From the NCBI GenBank assembly GCA_008369845.1, contig MRSU01004216.1:1-52979 (forward strand): 52,979 bases of DNA. The letters run 5' to 3'. The position numbers and the translations under genes are program-made. Shown piece by piece: positions 1-10,247 of this stretch. The first letter of the stretch is position 1, and each line of letters opens with the position of its first letter. The notes below the pieces were generated by a model. It was not told the DNA's origin. It ran no database searches and saw only the letters and a list, made by a program, of their open reading frames with translations. Source of the DNA: Trichomonas gallinae. Taxonomy: Eukaryota.

Positions 1-158
1 CAGTAGCTTGCCTTCAGTGGACAACTACCCGTTTAAAGTAACCTTAAAAATATAGGGGCCACCTTCGGTCAACCAGTTTAGCAAATATATATATATAAAT
101 TTAATAGACGAAAACAAGAAATAAAAATATAATTGTATTTTGTTAATCATCATAAGAT

Positions 159-1022
159 TTATTCTAATGCAACAACTTCGCCGAAGAATTCAACTCTTGC
201 GAGTCTGAAAATAAAATTGCCTTTCTCATTGCATCCTGTCTGCATGATTCTGATGTAACGGAATGCATCATCACTTTGCTTGTTCTCGCATTCGTAAAAT
301 CCTTCGAGTGAGGCGCCGACCAAATCATTAACCTCCAATTTTGAGTCCAAATTGTACCAGTTCTCTTGGTCATTGGATCCATCAACAGACCATGTCTTAG
401 GATCAAGTTCATCGGTTAAGTTATCACTTGATCTTAATGCATAAGCGTTCAAATTGACTTTCTTGTTAACGAAGTCGAAGATGACGTATGATTCTTTGCG
501 GTCATCACTCTCCCAGTAGACTGGTGTATGATCTTGCCTGATTAGATTTTCTGGCATACTGTAAGATGAGTTTGAGGAGACTTCGATAACAAGTTCGGAC
601 TGGTCAAGATATGGATGGTAGTATGAGATGATGCCAAACCATGGATGAAGTGGATTGAATTCAATATTCATGTTGCGGCCATGATCTGGTAAGTATAATC
701 TGCAGGCGTGCAATAACTGTGGGATCTGGAGCTCCAAGGCGACTGCATTGTAGAACATGGCGCTGATATGATCGATTTCAAGTGGCTGTCCATGAATCAA
801 GTTGACAACGTTCTCAAATAAGTTGTTTGGATCTGGTGTTTCAAGCTTGTACTCGGTTATTGTTTGATCTTCAAGATAAAGCGATCCGATTTTTGTTGAT
901 TGGGCGACAGCGAGGAGAAGGTGGACTTTGTAGCTGCCTGTGTCCGTCGTGATAGTGAAGTTCGGTTCGACGATGTTGATGGCCTTTGGAAGGGATTCCA
1001 AGCTTAAGGTGACTGATGTCAT
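159..1022 (-). CDS. BTB-like + F5/8 type C (discoidin/galactose-binding-like) domain protein, 287 aa
   Basis: The ORF track starts at GTG 1031; the first ATG is at 1022 (MTSVTLS). The N-terminus is BTB-like (YKVHLLLAVAQSTKI). The C-terminus has YWES, YVIFDF, YALRS, PKTWSVDGSND, FRYIRIMQTG and VEFFG, typical of F5/8C-like domains. The stop reads TAAA. Confidence 0.75.
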   Translation of the reverse strand: MTSVTLSLESLPKAINIVEPNFTITTDTGSYKVHLLLAVAQSTKIGSLYLEDQTITEYKLETPDPNNLFENVVNLIHGQPLEIDHISAMFYNAVALELQIPQLLHACRLYLPDHGRNMNIEFNPLHPWFGIISYYHPYLDQSELVIEVSSNSSYSMPENLIRQDHTPVYWESDDRKESYVIFDFVNKKVNLNAYALRSSDNLTDELDPKTWSVDGSNDQENWYNLDSKLEVNDLVGASLEGFYECENKQSDDAFRYIRIMQTGCNEKGNFIFRLARVEFFGEVVALE

Positions 1023-1026
1023 TTTT

Positions 1027-1034
1027 GTCACTTT
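1027..1034 (-). promoter_or_regulatory. AAAGTGAC motif (Trichomonas 'M2'-type 5' element)
   Basis: Exact AAAGTGAC on the minus strand 4 nt upstream of the ATG at 1022. The same motif precedes the ATG at 27989. Confidence 0.5.
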
Positions 1035-1057
1035 TGGAAAAACTCTTTTTTGTTACA

Positions 1058-1078
1058 TTTTTTTTTTTTTTTTTTTTT
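1058..1078. repeat. Homopolymer T21 (A21 on the minus strand)
   Basis: Seen directly, upstream of the 1022 ATG. Confidence 0.9.
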
Positions 1079-1726
1079 CTTTATTTTTGTGGTTTTTAAG
1101 CTTTCATCAATGTATTTATGCGTTTTCCATCGATTTTTTGAAACATTTATTTGGCATTTAGCGTTCATAATATAGCATATATAGACTATGTCTAGTGCTC
1201 CTGCAAAATTATATTATTTATAATCACTCGGCAAAATTTTCGAAATGTAATCTTGACTCATACATAAGCCATGGATTTTTACTGCTATATTTCGTGAATT
1301 TATATGAAATCTAGTTAATCTTATGTTATTTAATTATACAACACATTTTTTCATTAGAACAAATTAATTTGCTAAATATGATTGTATTTCAGCAACAATA
1401 TGTGAAAATTTTCAATAACATATAATATTTCCAATTAATACTTTAATTGCCAAAGTATACAGCACCTTTTTTGAGTTTATCCAAATTAATTATATCGTTC
1501 TAAATAAAGATTTGCATTTATATTTGTATGCATCAGTAATGTAAATCATCCCTAATTAATATTTTTGTTATATCACAGTATACAATACAATTTTAAATTT
1601 GAAATTAATTTGATATCTAAGATTAAAATTTTTGCAATGATATTTGCATGTTAGTTGAAAGTTTTGATAATTTCTTGAGATAAGAAGATAAAAATATGAA
1701 AAAAGTATTAAAAACAATTTATAGAA

Positions 1727-3232
1727 TCAAACATCGCTCCTTTTCATGAGTTCGGAGGATGGAACACCGGACTCTTCTTCTGCAACATCTTCAGCTACAT
1801 CTTCGTCTTCTTCGTTTTCTGGGTTCGAAATGTTATTATCATCATTTTCCATGGATTCATGCGACTTATTCTGGACTTCGCTTGCATCTTCCTCCTCTTC
1901 TTCTGTAGCAGCCGGCTGTTCATACTGCTTCCTCAGGTCACTGAGTCTGGTTGCGATATCTCTAACAATGGAATCAGGAACGAATACCGACATATCTTCG
2001 CTCGCAACAACTTCGTTGCAGATAACAGCAATGCTCGGCTTCGGCTTCTCGCGCATTTGTGACAAAAGCCTTGTCCTGGTGAGTATTTTATCTGCAATTG
2101 ATGGGAGAATTGTTGTTAGACGTGTTGCTGTCTCGAAAAGCTCTTCATTCGGTTCGACAACTTTATCTTCTTCATTATCTGTTTCATTATCAATCAAGCG
2201 GAGTGGTTTAAGTGAAGAAATGACTTTTCCTTCAAGAAGAAGAGATCTGAGCGTTGGAGCAAGCTTAAATGCTTGTTCACGTAATTTATTGCTAATTTGC
2301 GAGTTATTTATAGATAAAATTGATCCTGTATAACTCTTATTGCCTCTATAATCTATGTGTTCTTGAATATTATCAAAAACAACAAGAACCATTAATTTGA
2401 AATTCGAATTTTTGGAAATTGGACATTTTTGCATGGAAACCCACTGTAAGCTCTTGCAGTAATCAGCACCTTTGAATGACCTGATACAATTGTCATCTAA
2501 CGTTAAAGAAGTTAAATGTGGAAGATTATTCATACCTACGAAGTTAACAAGTCTGTTATGTGTAAGATCAATTACTCTGACAATGCTCTTCTTATCGTCC
2601 TTAACATTAGGGAATCTGGTTAATCTTTCCTTCGGCATTGAAATTGTAAGTTGTTTTGGTCCAGAAAGCATTGGTTTGAATTTATCTTTAATTGTTCTGG
2701 ATGTCCTATTGTAGTCTAGTTCTGATTTTAAGCTTTTTTGTTTCTTTGTAGAATTTAATTTATTTTTGCTGTTTTGATTCTCAGATATATCATCAACATT
2801 TTCCATTTCGATTTCTACATCATTCTCTTGAATCGGTTTGATGTTTTTTGGTTTATGTTGAACATTATTTTGTTCGTTTTGTTTTGCTTTTTGTAGATTT
2901 TCTGTATTTTCTTGTGGTTCTTCTTCGTTCGATGAATAGTTGTGTCCCTGATTATCATACACCTCTTTTGCAATAATTTCGAAAGTACTTTCTTCCTCGT
3001 CATAATTTATTGGGTGACGTTTTTGTTTAGCACTAATCTCTTCTTCTTCATCGTATTTGTCCTCTTCGTTTTGATTTTCGTCTTCAGATAATTTCATTTC
3101 TGTGCTGTTCGGTTTATTTTCATCATCTTCCTCTTCTAACTCAACGCTAAAGTTTTGTTTGGCGTCTTCAATTTCTTCTTCCTCAGTTTCTTGTATTTCG
3201 TGCGAATCTACGTCAATTTCTTCATTCGACAT
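1727..3232 (-). CDS. Leucine-rich repeat protein with acidic N- and C-terminal tails, 501 aa
   Basis: LRR units VIDLTHNRL, LTSLTLDDNCI and LQWVSMQKCPI followed by a cap-like segment; E/D-rich termini. Confidence 0.8.
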   Translation of the reverse strand: MSNEEIDVDSHEIQETEEEEIEDAKQNFSVELEEEDDENKPNSTEMKLSEDENQNEEDKYDEEEEISAKQKRHPINYDEEESTFEIIAKEVYDNQGHNYSSNEEEPQENTENLQKAKQNEQNNVQHKPKNIKPIQENDVEIEMENVDDISENQNSKNKLNSTKKQKSLKSELDYNRTSRTIKDKFKPMLSGPKQLTISMPKERLTRFPNVKDDKKSIVRVIDLTHNRLVNFVGMNNLPHLTSLTLDDNCIRSFKGADYCKSLQWVSMQKCPISKNSNFKLMVLVVFDNIQEHIDYRGNKSYTGSILSINNSQISNKLREQAFKLAPTLRSLLLEGKVISSLKPLRLIDNETDNEEDKVVEPNEELFETATRLTTILPSIADKILTRTRLLSQMREKPKPSIAVICNEVVASEDMSVFVPDSIVRDIATRLSDLRKQYEQPAATEEEEEDASEVQNKSHESMENDDNNISNPENEEDEDVAEDVAEEESGVPSSELMKRSDV

Positions 3233-3667
3233 TTTTTATAATTTTAACGTTTTCAAAATAACTTCGATTTTATTGCATATTTAGATATAACATCATGTAT
3301 ACTATATTTTCATCGTTTAAATTTTCTTATAATTGTTGTAATAAGAGCAAATTAATGTTTTTATATAAAATTTTCTAGTGTAATACAACATGTAAATGTT
3401 TGTGTATTATTTTCCAAAACCACAAAGTTATATTTATTGATAATATTTTTTTCTTTCATATATTTTTTACAAACTTAAAATTCATTCATTTTCTATGCCA
3501 AACTAAGTAATGTCGATCATACAAAAGATGATAAATACGAAAAGAAAGAAATACAAAAAAAAATGTATTACAATCTATTTTAAAAGGTATTAAGAGTATA
3601 TGCTTGCTATACAATCATATACTAATCTCTAAGCATTGAATTGAAACTCTATTAAATTCAAATAATA

Positions 3668-4360
3668 TTAATTAAGTACAAAGAAGTATAAAGGAAGAAG
3701 ATTCTTTGGATAATTTGACTGCTTAACTGTTTCTAAAACATTTAAGCCTGCATCTTTAAATAGTTGAATGTAATGCTTATAAGCTCTAGAAATTCCATGG
3801 TCAGCAAGATCAAATTGGCATGTTTCCTTGCCTGCATTTAAGTCTTGGTCTGAAATATTATCTTTAATTACGATAATTCCATTTGGTGATAAATGTTGTT
3901 TGCATCTCCTCAAGAAACTAATGCAATCAACATCAGTAAGATACATTATTGACCATTGGCACCAAAATATGTCATATTCAGTATCAGGTTCCCAATCTTG
4001 AATGCCAACAGGAAATTTTCGTATTGGAAAGTCCTTTAGTTTCTTCTCTGCAGTATCAAGAAACGCTGGAATCGGATCAATTAAGTCAATTGATTGAAAG
4101 TAATCCATCAAGCAAAGATGCGCGACTCTGCCTATTCCAGAACCACAGTCTGCTGCTCTTGTATTGCCAAGCTTGAATTTATTTTGGTATTTTTCGATTG
4201 AATCGCGACTTTCATAAATATCGGCTGCAGAAACTTTAACAAATCCAGCAAGCATACCGAAATCACTCTTCTCTTGCTTTTCCCAGTATTGTTTACTTAC
4301 ATCATACCAATCATCTTTACATTCTTCAAAAACAAGATCAGGATCACATTCAGTCGTCAT
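3668..4360 (-). CDS. NTMT1: Alpha-N-terminal protein methyltransferase (NTMT1/Tae1 family), 230 aa
   Basis: YW..GMLAGF, SAM-binding motif DCGSGIGRV, YDIFWCQWSIMYLTD and IVIKDN. Minus-strand Inr TCATT at 4366-4370. Confidence 0.9.
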   Translation of the reverse strand: MTTECDPDLVFEECKDDWYDVSKQYWEKQEKSDFGMLAGFVKVSAADIYESRDSIEKYQNKFKLGNTRAADCGSGIGRVAHLCLMDYFQSIDLIDPIPAFLDTAEKKLKDFPIRKFPVGIQDWEPDTEYDIFWCQWSIMYLTDVDCISFLRRCKQHLSPNGIIVIKDNISDQDLNAGKETCQFDLADHGISRAYKHYIQLFKDAGLNVLETVKQSNYPKNLLPLYFFVLN

Positions 4361-4923
4361 TATTTAATGACAAAATTATGAATGTTAACACTCAAATCAC
4401 GCATAGAAATGCATATATTTAATAGTTTCTGGCCAATATCGTTTTAAAAATTTATTCACTATCATTATAGCAAATGATTTTGCATCACTATCATGACCTC
4501 TTCATATATACTTTGGCTGCAACAATTTTGCAACTATTTGCTTTTATATTAAATTCCAAAAATTACATAATCATTTACATCAAGTGTTTGTATAAAGAAT
4601 GGCTGTTTCTATACGAAAGATGAAGAATAACCATGTTAAAATATGTATTTATGTATACTAGATGATTTTGCATAAATATTCGAATTTGAGGAAAGAGGAA
4701 GAAGATATATTAACAAGCACTGAATATATTATTGAATGATAATGAAGAAATCATCCAATTTTGGAGAATCTGTTTTTCACTTGAATTTATCCCCGAATTT
4801 TTCAAATTTTCAACAAAGAGATTTATTTTTGTAATATATACTTATCATTTTCGGGTTTTACGATTTTTTTGGTAATTTCATTTTTTGGTGTCTCCCCCTT
4901 ATTAATTTTTCAAAAATTTTCAA

Positions 4924-7900
4924 ATGATTGGGAACACGAATTGTTTAGTCACTGTTGGTGAAATTCCACAGATTGATGTTTTAGAAAGGGTGCACACAGC
5001 ACTGATGCGAGCAGTCGATGATAGAGCCAAGGATTACAGTCAAATTTTGCAACAATTTCAAGAAAGAGAAGATATATGGCTCTATCTTGTAGATTTATTG
5101 GATAGATGTACTCATCCTCACACCATGCATCTTCTTTACCAAACATTAAGGATTAACATCCAAAAAAGATGGGAGCAATTTAACCCGGAAGTTCAAGTCG
5201 GAATTCAAGATTACGTAATGACCAAATTTGTCGATGCAACGAATAATTCATCATCTTCTGACAGTGTTACAACAATGATTGACCAGTGTGTCGTTGCAAT
5301 CATTATTCAACAATATCCTCACGCTTATCCAAACGTTATTAATGACATCATTTCAATCACATCACCGTACAACATCGAAAATATCGTCCAAGTTCTACAT
5401 TTCTTACTCGATGAAATTTATGCTGAAAATGCAGAATTCAGTATTCCTTATCGTAGAATTAATGAAATATCCAACTCCCTCTTTGATTCTGCGGAGGCAA
5501 TTTTCAATGTTATTCAGACCGTTTTGAATAATTCGCTAACTCAAATTCCATTAATGAAAAAGACACTTTTGCTTCTTCGTCACTTCATCAAATCAATACC
5601 TCCTGAAATCATTGTCCAAAACAATATCTTTCAGACAATTATTCAGCATGCTTTACCAAAAGCAGATTTAGTTTCAGAATCTCTTTCTTTTCTCGCAGAA
5701 GTTTATTCATTAAGTGCCCTTCCTGTAGAGCTCATACAAAATGCCCCGAGTGTCTTCCAAATTCTTATCAGAACATTAGCTCCTAATTTAGAAGGTATAG
5801 ATATGGACGGTTTCCAGGGAATTTGTGATAATGACTCGTTCAAGGTTAAATCTCTATCGAACTGTTTGACAACTTTCCTTCTTAAATTATCAAATGTTAT
5901 TGAAATTCCAGAACTCGCGCAAGAATTGAATCTCTGCGTTCAGTGGGTGTTCTGTATGAGTGGAGTAATGGATTCCTTCGTACAAAGAACATGTGCGGAA
6001 TTTTGGAGGCAAATCACATCTAGAATTTGGAAAGAAATCCAGACACATCAGCTTTCAGAGGCATGTGCCAATATATATATGGAAGCTGCTCCGCAACTCA
6101 GAAGGTTATATATCAGATGCATAGTAAAACCGCAAGAATTCATCATTAAAATCGATGAAGACACAGTTGTACGCGAAGAACAAAGAAATACAGAAGAAAT
6201 CGACTTGTTCCAGTGCCAGAAGAAACTTCTCCTTTTGCTGACAAATATTGAGAACGAAGATATGATAACTGCGATGAATGAATTACTCAATGAATTAGAA
6301 AACGAGTTTGACACGAATAATTTCAACGCATTTTGTTATGCTGTCGGTGCTATATCAGGATCTTTGGATGCTGAAGCAGAAAAAGAGTTCATTATCAGAG
6401 TTGTTCAAACAATTCTTGGATTTAACCAAAGAGCTGAAGGAGACCCTGAACTTAAGGCCCTTATATCTGCAGGCCTCAGCTATATCCTTTCACAGTATCC
6501 TAGGTTCCTTGCTGCAGATGCAAAATCAGATTCAAGCATTTTCAAGACTTTGATTTCAAAACTCTTCGAATTTATGTCACTTCAAAATTTAGCTGTTAAG
6601 GAAATGGCTGTCAACAGTTTGGCACTGATTTCTAAATCACAAACAATTGGAAAATTATTTAATCGTGCACAAGGCAATGAAGTTCCATTTATTGTAGAGA
6701 TTATGCAAGATTTACCAAATATTCTTGCAAATCTTGATAATAATCCATTGATTATTCGATTATTTGGAATTATTTCTGCTATTGTCGGCACAAATCCACG
6801 CAAAGCGGACAAAACTAACATGCTTATGTGTCTCGTGCAAAGTGTCAATGAAAAGTGGAACGGATTACTTACACAATGGACTCCACGCGATTATGATTTT
6901 TGCAGTACACTTCTTTTCTTCTTAGAATGCAATGCAGAAATTGCTGCTAACATCAAAGATGTATATGGTGAACAATTGGCACAGATTTTCAACCAATTGA
7001 TGGAAGTTTATTCAAGATATTCAACTATCCTTAGTGAACTCATCCAAATGCCAGGATTCGCTGAAAGCAAAGAAGCTCAGATGCAAAGAAAGATCAAATC
7101 GACAATTGTAAGAATTATTAACGAATACATTTCAAAAACGCCAAACGTCGGTGCAAATGTGGCCCTTATGGATCCGATTGTCAACAATATCATTTCAGAA
7201 TATTCAAACAATCACCCAGACACAAGAGTTCCTGAAGTTCTCGCATTAGTCACATCAATGTCTGTCAAAATGAAAGATCAGTTTGCCGGTGTCCTTCCTC
7301 AAGTATTTAGCTCTGTCTTTGATAGCACATTAGCAATGATTCAAGCTGATATGACATTATATCTCGATTTCAGAGTTCCATTCTTCAAATTCGTCGATAA
7401 CATCGTTAAAAATCATATTAATATCATGCTTTCAGCTCCACCGCAAGTTTTCGATACATTTATTTCGACAATCAAACTTGGCGCTTTTCATGCAAATCCA
7501 GACGTTTGTATCATCTCACTACAAACTATAGAGACATTATTCACAAATATAAGGTCAAATGGTGGAAATAAATGGCAGCCGTTCCTTAATGACTATTTCA
7601 TCCCGATATTAGTTCATGTTATTGAAATTACAACTGACACATACCATAAATTCGCTTTCAAGGAAGAAGCATCACTTCTCAGGAAGCTTTTGTCCACGCA
7701 GTGCCACTTACTTAGTCCGACAACAATCGCTCGCGAAATTTCTGGTTTATTCCCTAATAGAGACCCAGAATCATTAGAGCAGTTCATGGCCTTGCTCATT
7801 CACCATTCTACAAACGCGCCAGAGTTTAATAACTATTTAACAGAATTCCTTGTATCTACGAAGCTATTCTCAAGGAGAGATCAGGAAATCAGCATCCAGC

Positions 7901-7968
7901 AACAAGATGATTTGCTGGGCGTAGCTGGTATGAATGGCCCAGCAGAACCTGAAGATTTTGGATTTTAA
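4924..7968 (+). CDS. XPO1: Exportin-1/CRM1-like karyopherin, 1014 aa
   Basis: IBN_N-like N-terminus (IQKRW), CAEFW, KPQEFII, FCYAVGAISGS, YILSQYPRFL, KLFEFM, EMAVNSL, RVPEVL, FDSTLAMI and TDTYHKFAF match CRM1 signatures. Divergent member. Confidence 0.85.
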   Translation: MIGNTNCLVTVGEIPQIDVLERVHTALMRAVDDRAKDYSQILQQFQEREDIWLYLVDLLDRCTHPHTMHLLYQTLRINIQKRWEQFNPEVQVGIQDYVMTKFVDATNNSSSSDSVTTMIDQCVVAIIIQQYPHAYPNVINDIISITSPYNIENIVQVLHFLLDEIYAENAEFSIPYRRINEISNSLFDSAEAIFNVIQTVLNNSLTQIPLMKKTLLLLRHFIKSIPPEIIVQNNIFQTIIQHALPKADLVSESLSFLAEVYSLSALPVELIQNAPSVFQILIRTLAPNLEGIDMDGFQGICDNDSFKVKSLSNCLTTFLLKLSNVIEIPELAQELNLCVQWVFCMSGVMDSFVQRTCAEFWRQITSRIWKEIQTHQLSEACANIYMEAAPQLRRLYIRCIVKPQEFIIKIDEDTVVREEQRNTEEIDLFQCQKKLLLLLTNIENEDMITAMNELLNELENEFDTNNFNAFCYAVGAISGSLDAEAEKEFIIRVVQTILGFNQRAEGDPELKALISAGLSYILSQYPRFLAADAKSDSSIFKTLISKLFEFMSLQNLAVKEMAVNSLALISKSQTIGKLFNRAQGNEVPFIVEIMQDLPNILANLDNNPLIIRLFGIISAIVGTNPRKADKTNMLMCLVQSVNEKWNGLLTQWTPRDYDFCSTLLFFLECNAEIAANIKDVYGEQLAQIFNQLMEVYSRYSTILSELIQMPGFAESKEAQMQRKIKSTIVRIINEYISKTPNVGANVALMDPIVNNIISEYSNNHPDTRVPEVLALVTSMSVKMKDQFAGVLPQVFSSVFDSTLAMIQADMTLYLDFRVPFFKFVDNIVKNHINIMLSAPPQVFDTFISTIKLGAFHANPDVCIISLQTIETLFTNIRSNGGNKWQPFLNDYFIPILVHVIEITTDTYHKFAFKEEASLLRKLLSTQCHLLSPTTIAREISGLFPNRDPESLEQFMALLIHHSTNAPEFNNYLTEFLVSTKLFSRRDQEISIQQQDDLLGVAGMNGPAEPEDFGF

Positions 7969-8240
7969 TTTTTATTATTATTTTATTATTATTTATTATT
8001 TTTGTATAGAAAGAACTAAAGAATATATATTTGAACGTAAGTCTTATTTTTCAAGCATCACAGAACAAAATAAAAAAATATTTGATATGGCCATTATCAA
8101 ATATAAATAGAAAATGGCTGTAATGTAAATGAAACTGATATACTCGATGAATTATATATAAATCAGTAACTGAATACGAAAAATCATAAGACAAAAAAAT
8201 AAAAACTCTAAAATTGGAGAATTGTTGTAAATCACTAATT

Positions 8241-8337
8241 GACACTCCGACCACGAGGTCGTGTGCCACCCGTGCTACGTGTGTTGCGAGATTTTTGAAC
8301 ACCTGCGCACAAGCACACATGCCTTCGAAATCCGCAT
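8241..8337. ncRNA. Candidate structured non-coding element (unassigned)
   Basis: GC-rich island in AT-rich intergenic DNA with complementary arms GTGTGC/GCACAC, GTGC/GCAC and GTGTT/AACAC, plus a small CGACC/GGTCG hairpin. No known RNA family recognised. Confidence 0.3.
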
Positions 8338-8352
8338 AATATATGTTGGGAC

Positions 8353-8561
8353 AAAACCGCTCTTTGTAAACCATTTACAATAACCTTACTATTATAACCT
8401 TATGTTATTTAAATAGTTTACAAAAGAGTGGTTTTTGTAAATTGCATATTATAACCTTAATTATTTAAATAGTTTACATGGAAACAGTTTTTGCAAAGAA
8501 TTTACAATAACCTGATGATGTTTAACCTTATTAGATGTAAATTTTTGTAAACTATTTAAAT
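8353..8561. repeat. Mosaic of direct and inverted repeats (ATTTAAATAGTTTACA core; TAACCTTA motifs)
   Basis: The 16-mer occurs at 8407-8422 and 8463-8478, with its reverse complement at 8546-8561 and a degenerate inverted copy at 8365-8377. A ~33-bp direct repeat spans 8390-8422 and 8447-8478. Confidence 0.8.
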
Positions 8562-8585
8562 TTGTTTCTAACGAAAATTTTAGAA

Positions 8586-9545
8586 ATGAGTTTTTCTTTA
8601 TCATCTAGAGGTCGTCCAAAGATACCTGATATAGCAAAACTGGGTACACTTGGTAGACTAAAAAAGTCACCGCGCAAAATCACAAATTCGTCGCCTTTAC
8701 CAAATCCTAATAATCAAATAGTAACCCAACAACAATATGTCGAATCATTACAGGCAACACTTTCTCATCAACTTGCTGATTGTGATTCTGATATTCAGCG
8801 ATTCAATGTTTTTAAGGATTTATTTGGAAAAGTCGTCGAAAGATACTCCGCATCTAATGCCATAGTTGCCATCAAACGCGGATATGATGAGGTAATAGAA
8901 GAAATACAAAAGAAAATTGATGAAAAATCGCAAAAAACAAAAACTCAATCTTCAACTGAAGAAAAATTCAACTTAGAGATAGAAAAACAGAAAGAAAAAC
9001 TACAGATAAAGCGTGAAAAGAATGCTGAACTGCAAAAAAGACTGAAATTCGTAATTGGAGAAGTTCAAAAAGAAATAGACGACAGAACTGATGAGTTTGT
9101 AGCAATACAGCAGAAAGCAATGAAGTTAAATTCAGAGCTTAAAATGAAAAATATTATGTTAATCGATTTGAAGGAAAATGAAACAAGTGTTTTGGATGGT
9201 TATAATGAAGTGCTCGCAGAAAAGAACAGCCTATTAGCAGATATAGAAAAACTAAAGTCTAATCATGTAACATTGAAAAATAATTTGGATGAAATTACTG
9301 AAAAGCTATTTCATATAACTACTCATGAACGAGAAGTTATGAACGAGTTAACTGCAGAAAAGAATTCTCTAGAAACTGAAACAAATGAATTATCAGATTT
9401 AAAGAAACGTCTTGAGCAAATGAAAATGGAATATGCAAAAGAATCCAAAGTTCTTGATGATAAGAATACAGAATTTGATAATAACGCAAGTTATATCAAT
9501 CAACTTAAATCTGCATTGGCAAAAATCCAAAATAGATATGTTTGA
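8586..9545 (+). CDS. Coiled-coil protein with possible TSNAXIP1 N-terminal-like segment, 319 aa
   Basis: First ATG at 8586 (the track uses TTG 8562). RFNVFKDLFGKVVERY..IVAIKRGYD resembles the TSNAXIP1_N motif; the remainder is heptad-rich. Confidence 0.65.
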   Translation: MSFSLSSRGRPKIPDIAKLGTLGRLKKSPRKITNSSPLPNPNNQIVTQQQYVESLQATLSHQLADCDSDIQRFNVFKDLFGKVVERYSASNAIVAIKRGYDEVIEEIQKKIDEKSQKTKTQSSTEEKFNLEIEKQKEKLQIKREKNAELQKRLKFVIGEVQKEIDDRTDEFVAIQQKAMKLNSELKMKNIMLIDLKENETSVLDGYNEVLAEKNSLLADIEKLKSNHVTLKNNLDEITEKLFHITTHEREVMNELTAEKNSLETETNELSDLKKRLEQMKMEYAKESKVLDDKNTEFDNNASYINQLKSALAKIQNRYV

Positions 9546-9881
9546 ACTAAAAATTTTGTTTGTATGTTTTTAATCAAGAATATAATTGATCATTTTTAAG
9601 AATATTTTTGAATGAATTAATACAAAGCATTATATATAAACAATCGTAGAATTATACTGACTTGATAAGCATAATACTTTATCTGAATTTCTTGTTTTTT
9701 GGTATTGATATTTCGAAATTTAATTTTTGTTCGAAAATGTTCAAGCTGAATCGATATTAATGTGTATATGATCATAAGGAAAGCAATCGAATTGTTTCAG
9801 AAATATAAATAAATTTTTTGATAAATAATTTGATAATTTTCTGAAACTGCTTAAATGAATAGTATTAAATTATGGTATAAA

Positions 9882-10175
9882 TCATTTCTTCTGTACAACA
9901 TGCCTGTATGTTCCTGCATCATCTTGTTTAAAAACGTATTTAACTGGTGGAGTTGTAGGATCATCATCATTGTCATCTTCGTTTGGTAACTCAATGAATT
10001 CAATATTGTTTTCGGCGAAAAATGGATCATTTTGATCAACAGGACAATATGAACATTTATTATGAATGCCGCTGACATACATATATGGATGGGCCTCTAT
10101 TTTTCCATGTTTCTGCCTGATTTCTTCCAATAGCTCAGATATTTTAGGATCCAACTCTTTAGTTTGTTGTTCCAT
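9882..10175 (-). CDS. Small hypothetical protein with CxxC and an acidic stretch, 97 aa
   Basis: ATG-initiated ORF with coding-like composition (KCSYC, EDDNDDD), head-to-head with Hydin. Confidence 0.6.
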   Translation of the reverse strand: MEQQTKELDPKISELLEEIRQKHGKIEAHPYMYVSGIHNKCSYCPVDQNDPFFAENNIEFIELPNEDDNDDDPTTPPVKYVFKQDDAGTYRHVVQKK

Positions 10176-10247
10176 TATAAATTTTGACGTATAAACTAAA
10201 TGTAAATCAAATTTGTCAAATATTTTGAAAAATTCGTTTTTTCATAA

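Noticed and set aside
1..85. GC-elevated segment at the window edge
   Set aside because: Too short and truncated to assign; no tRNA or TIR pattern recognised.
8232..8300. U4 snRNA-like CTAATTGA plus an Sm-like site
   Set aside because: Lacks the TGCTAAT needed for U6 stem I and has no upstream kink-turn stem; the Sm-like site is inside a hairpin loop.
8051..8374. 107-aa minus-strand ORF across the structured island
   Set aside because: Most of it is AT-rich F/I/Y-biased intergenic-type sequence with no domain; likely spurious.
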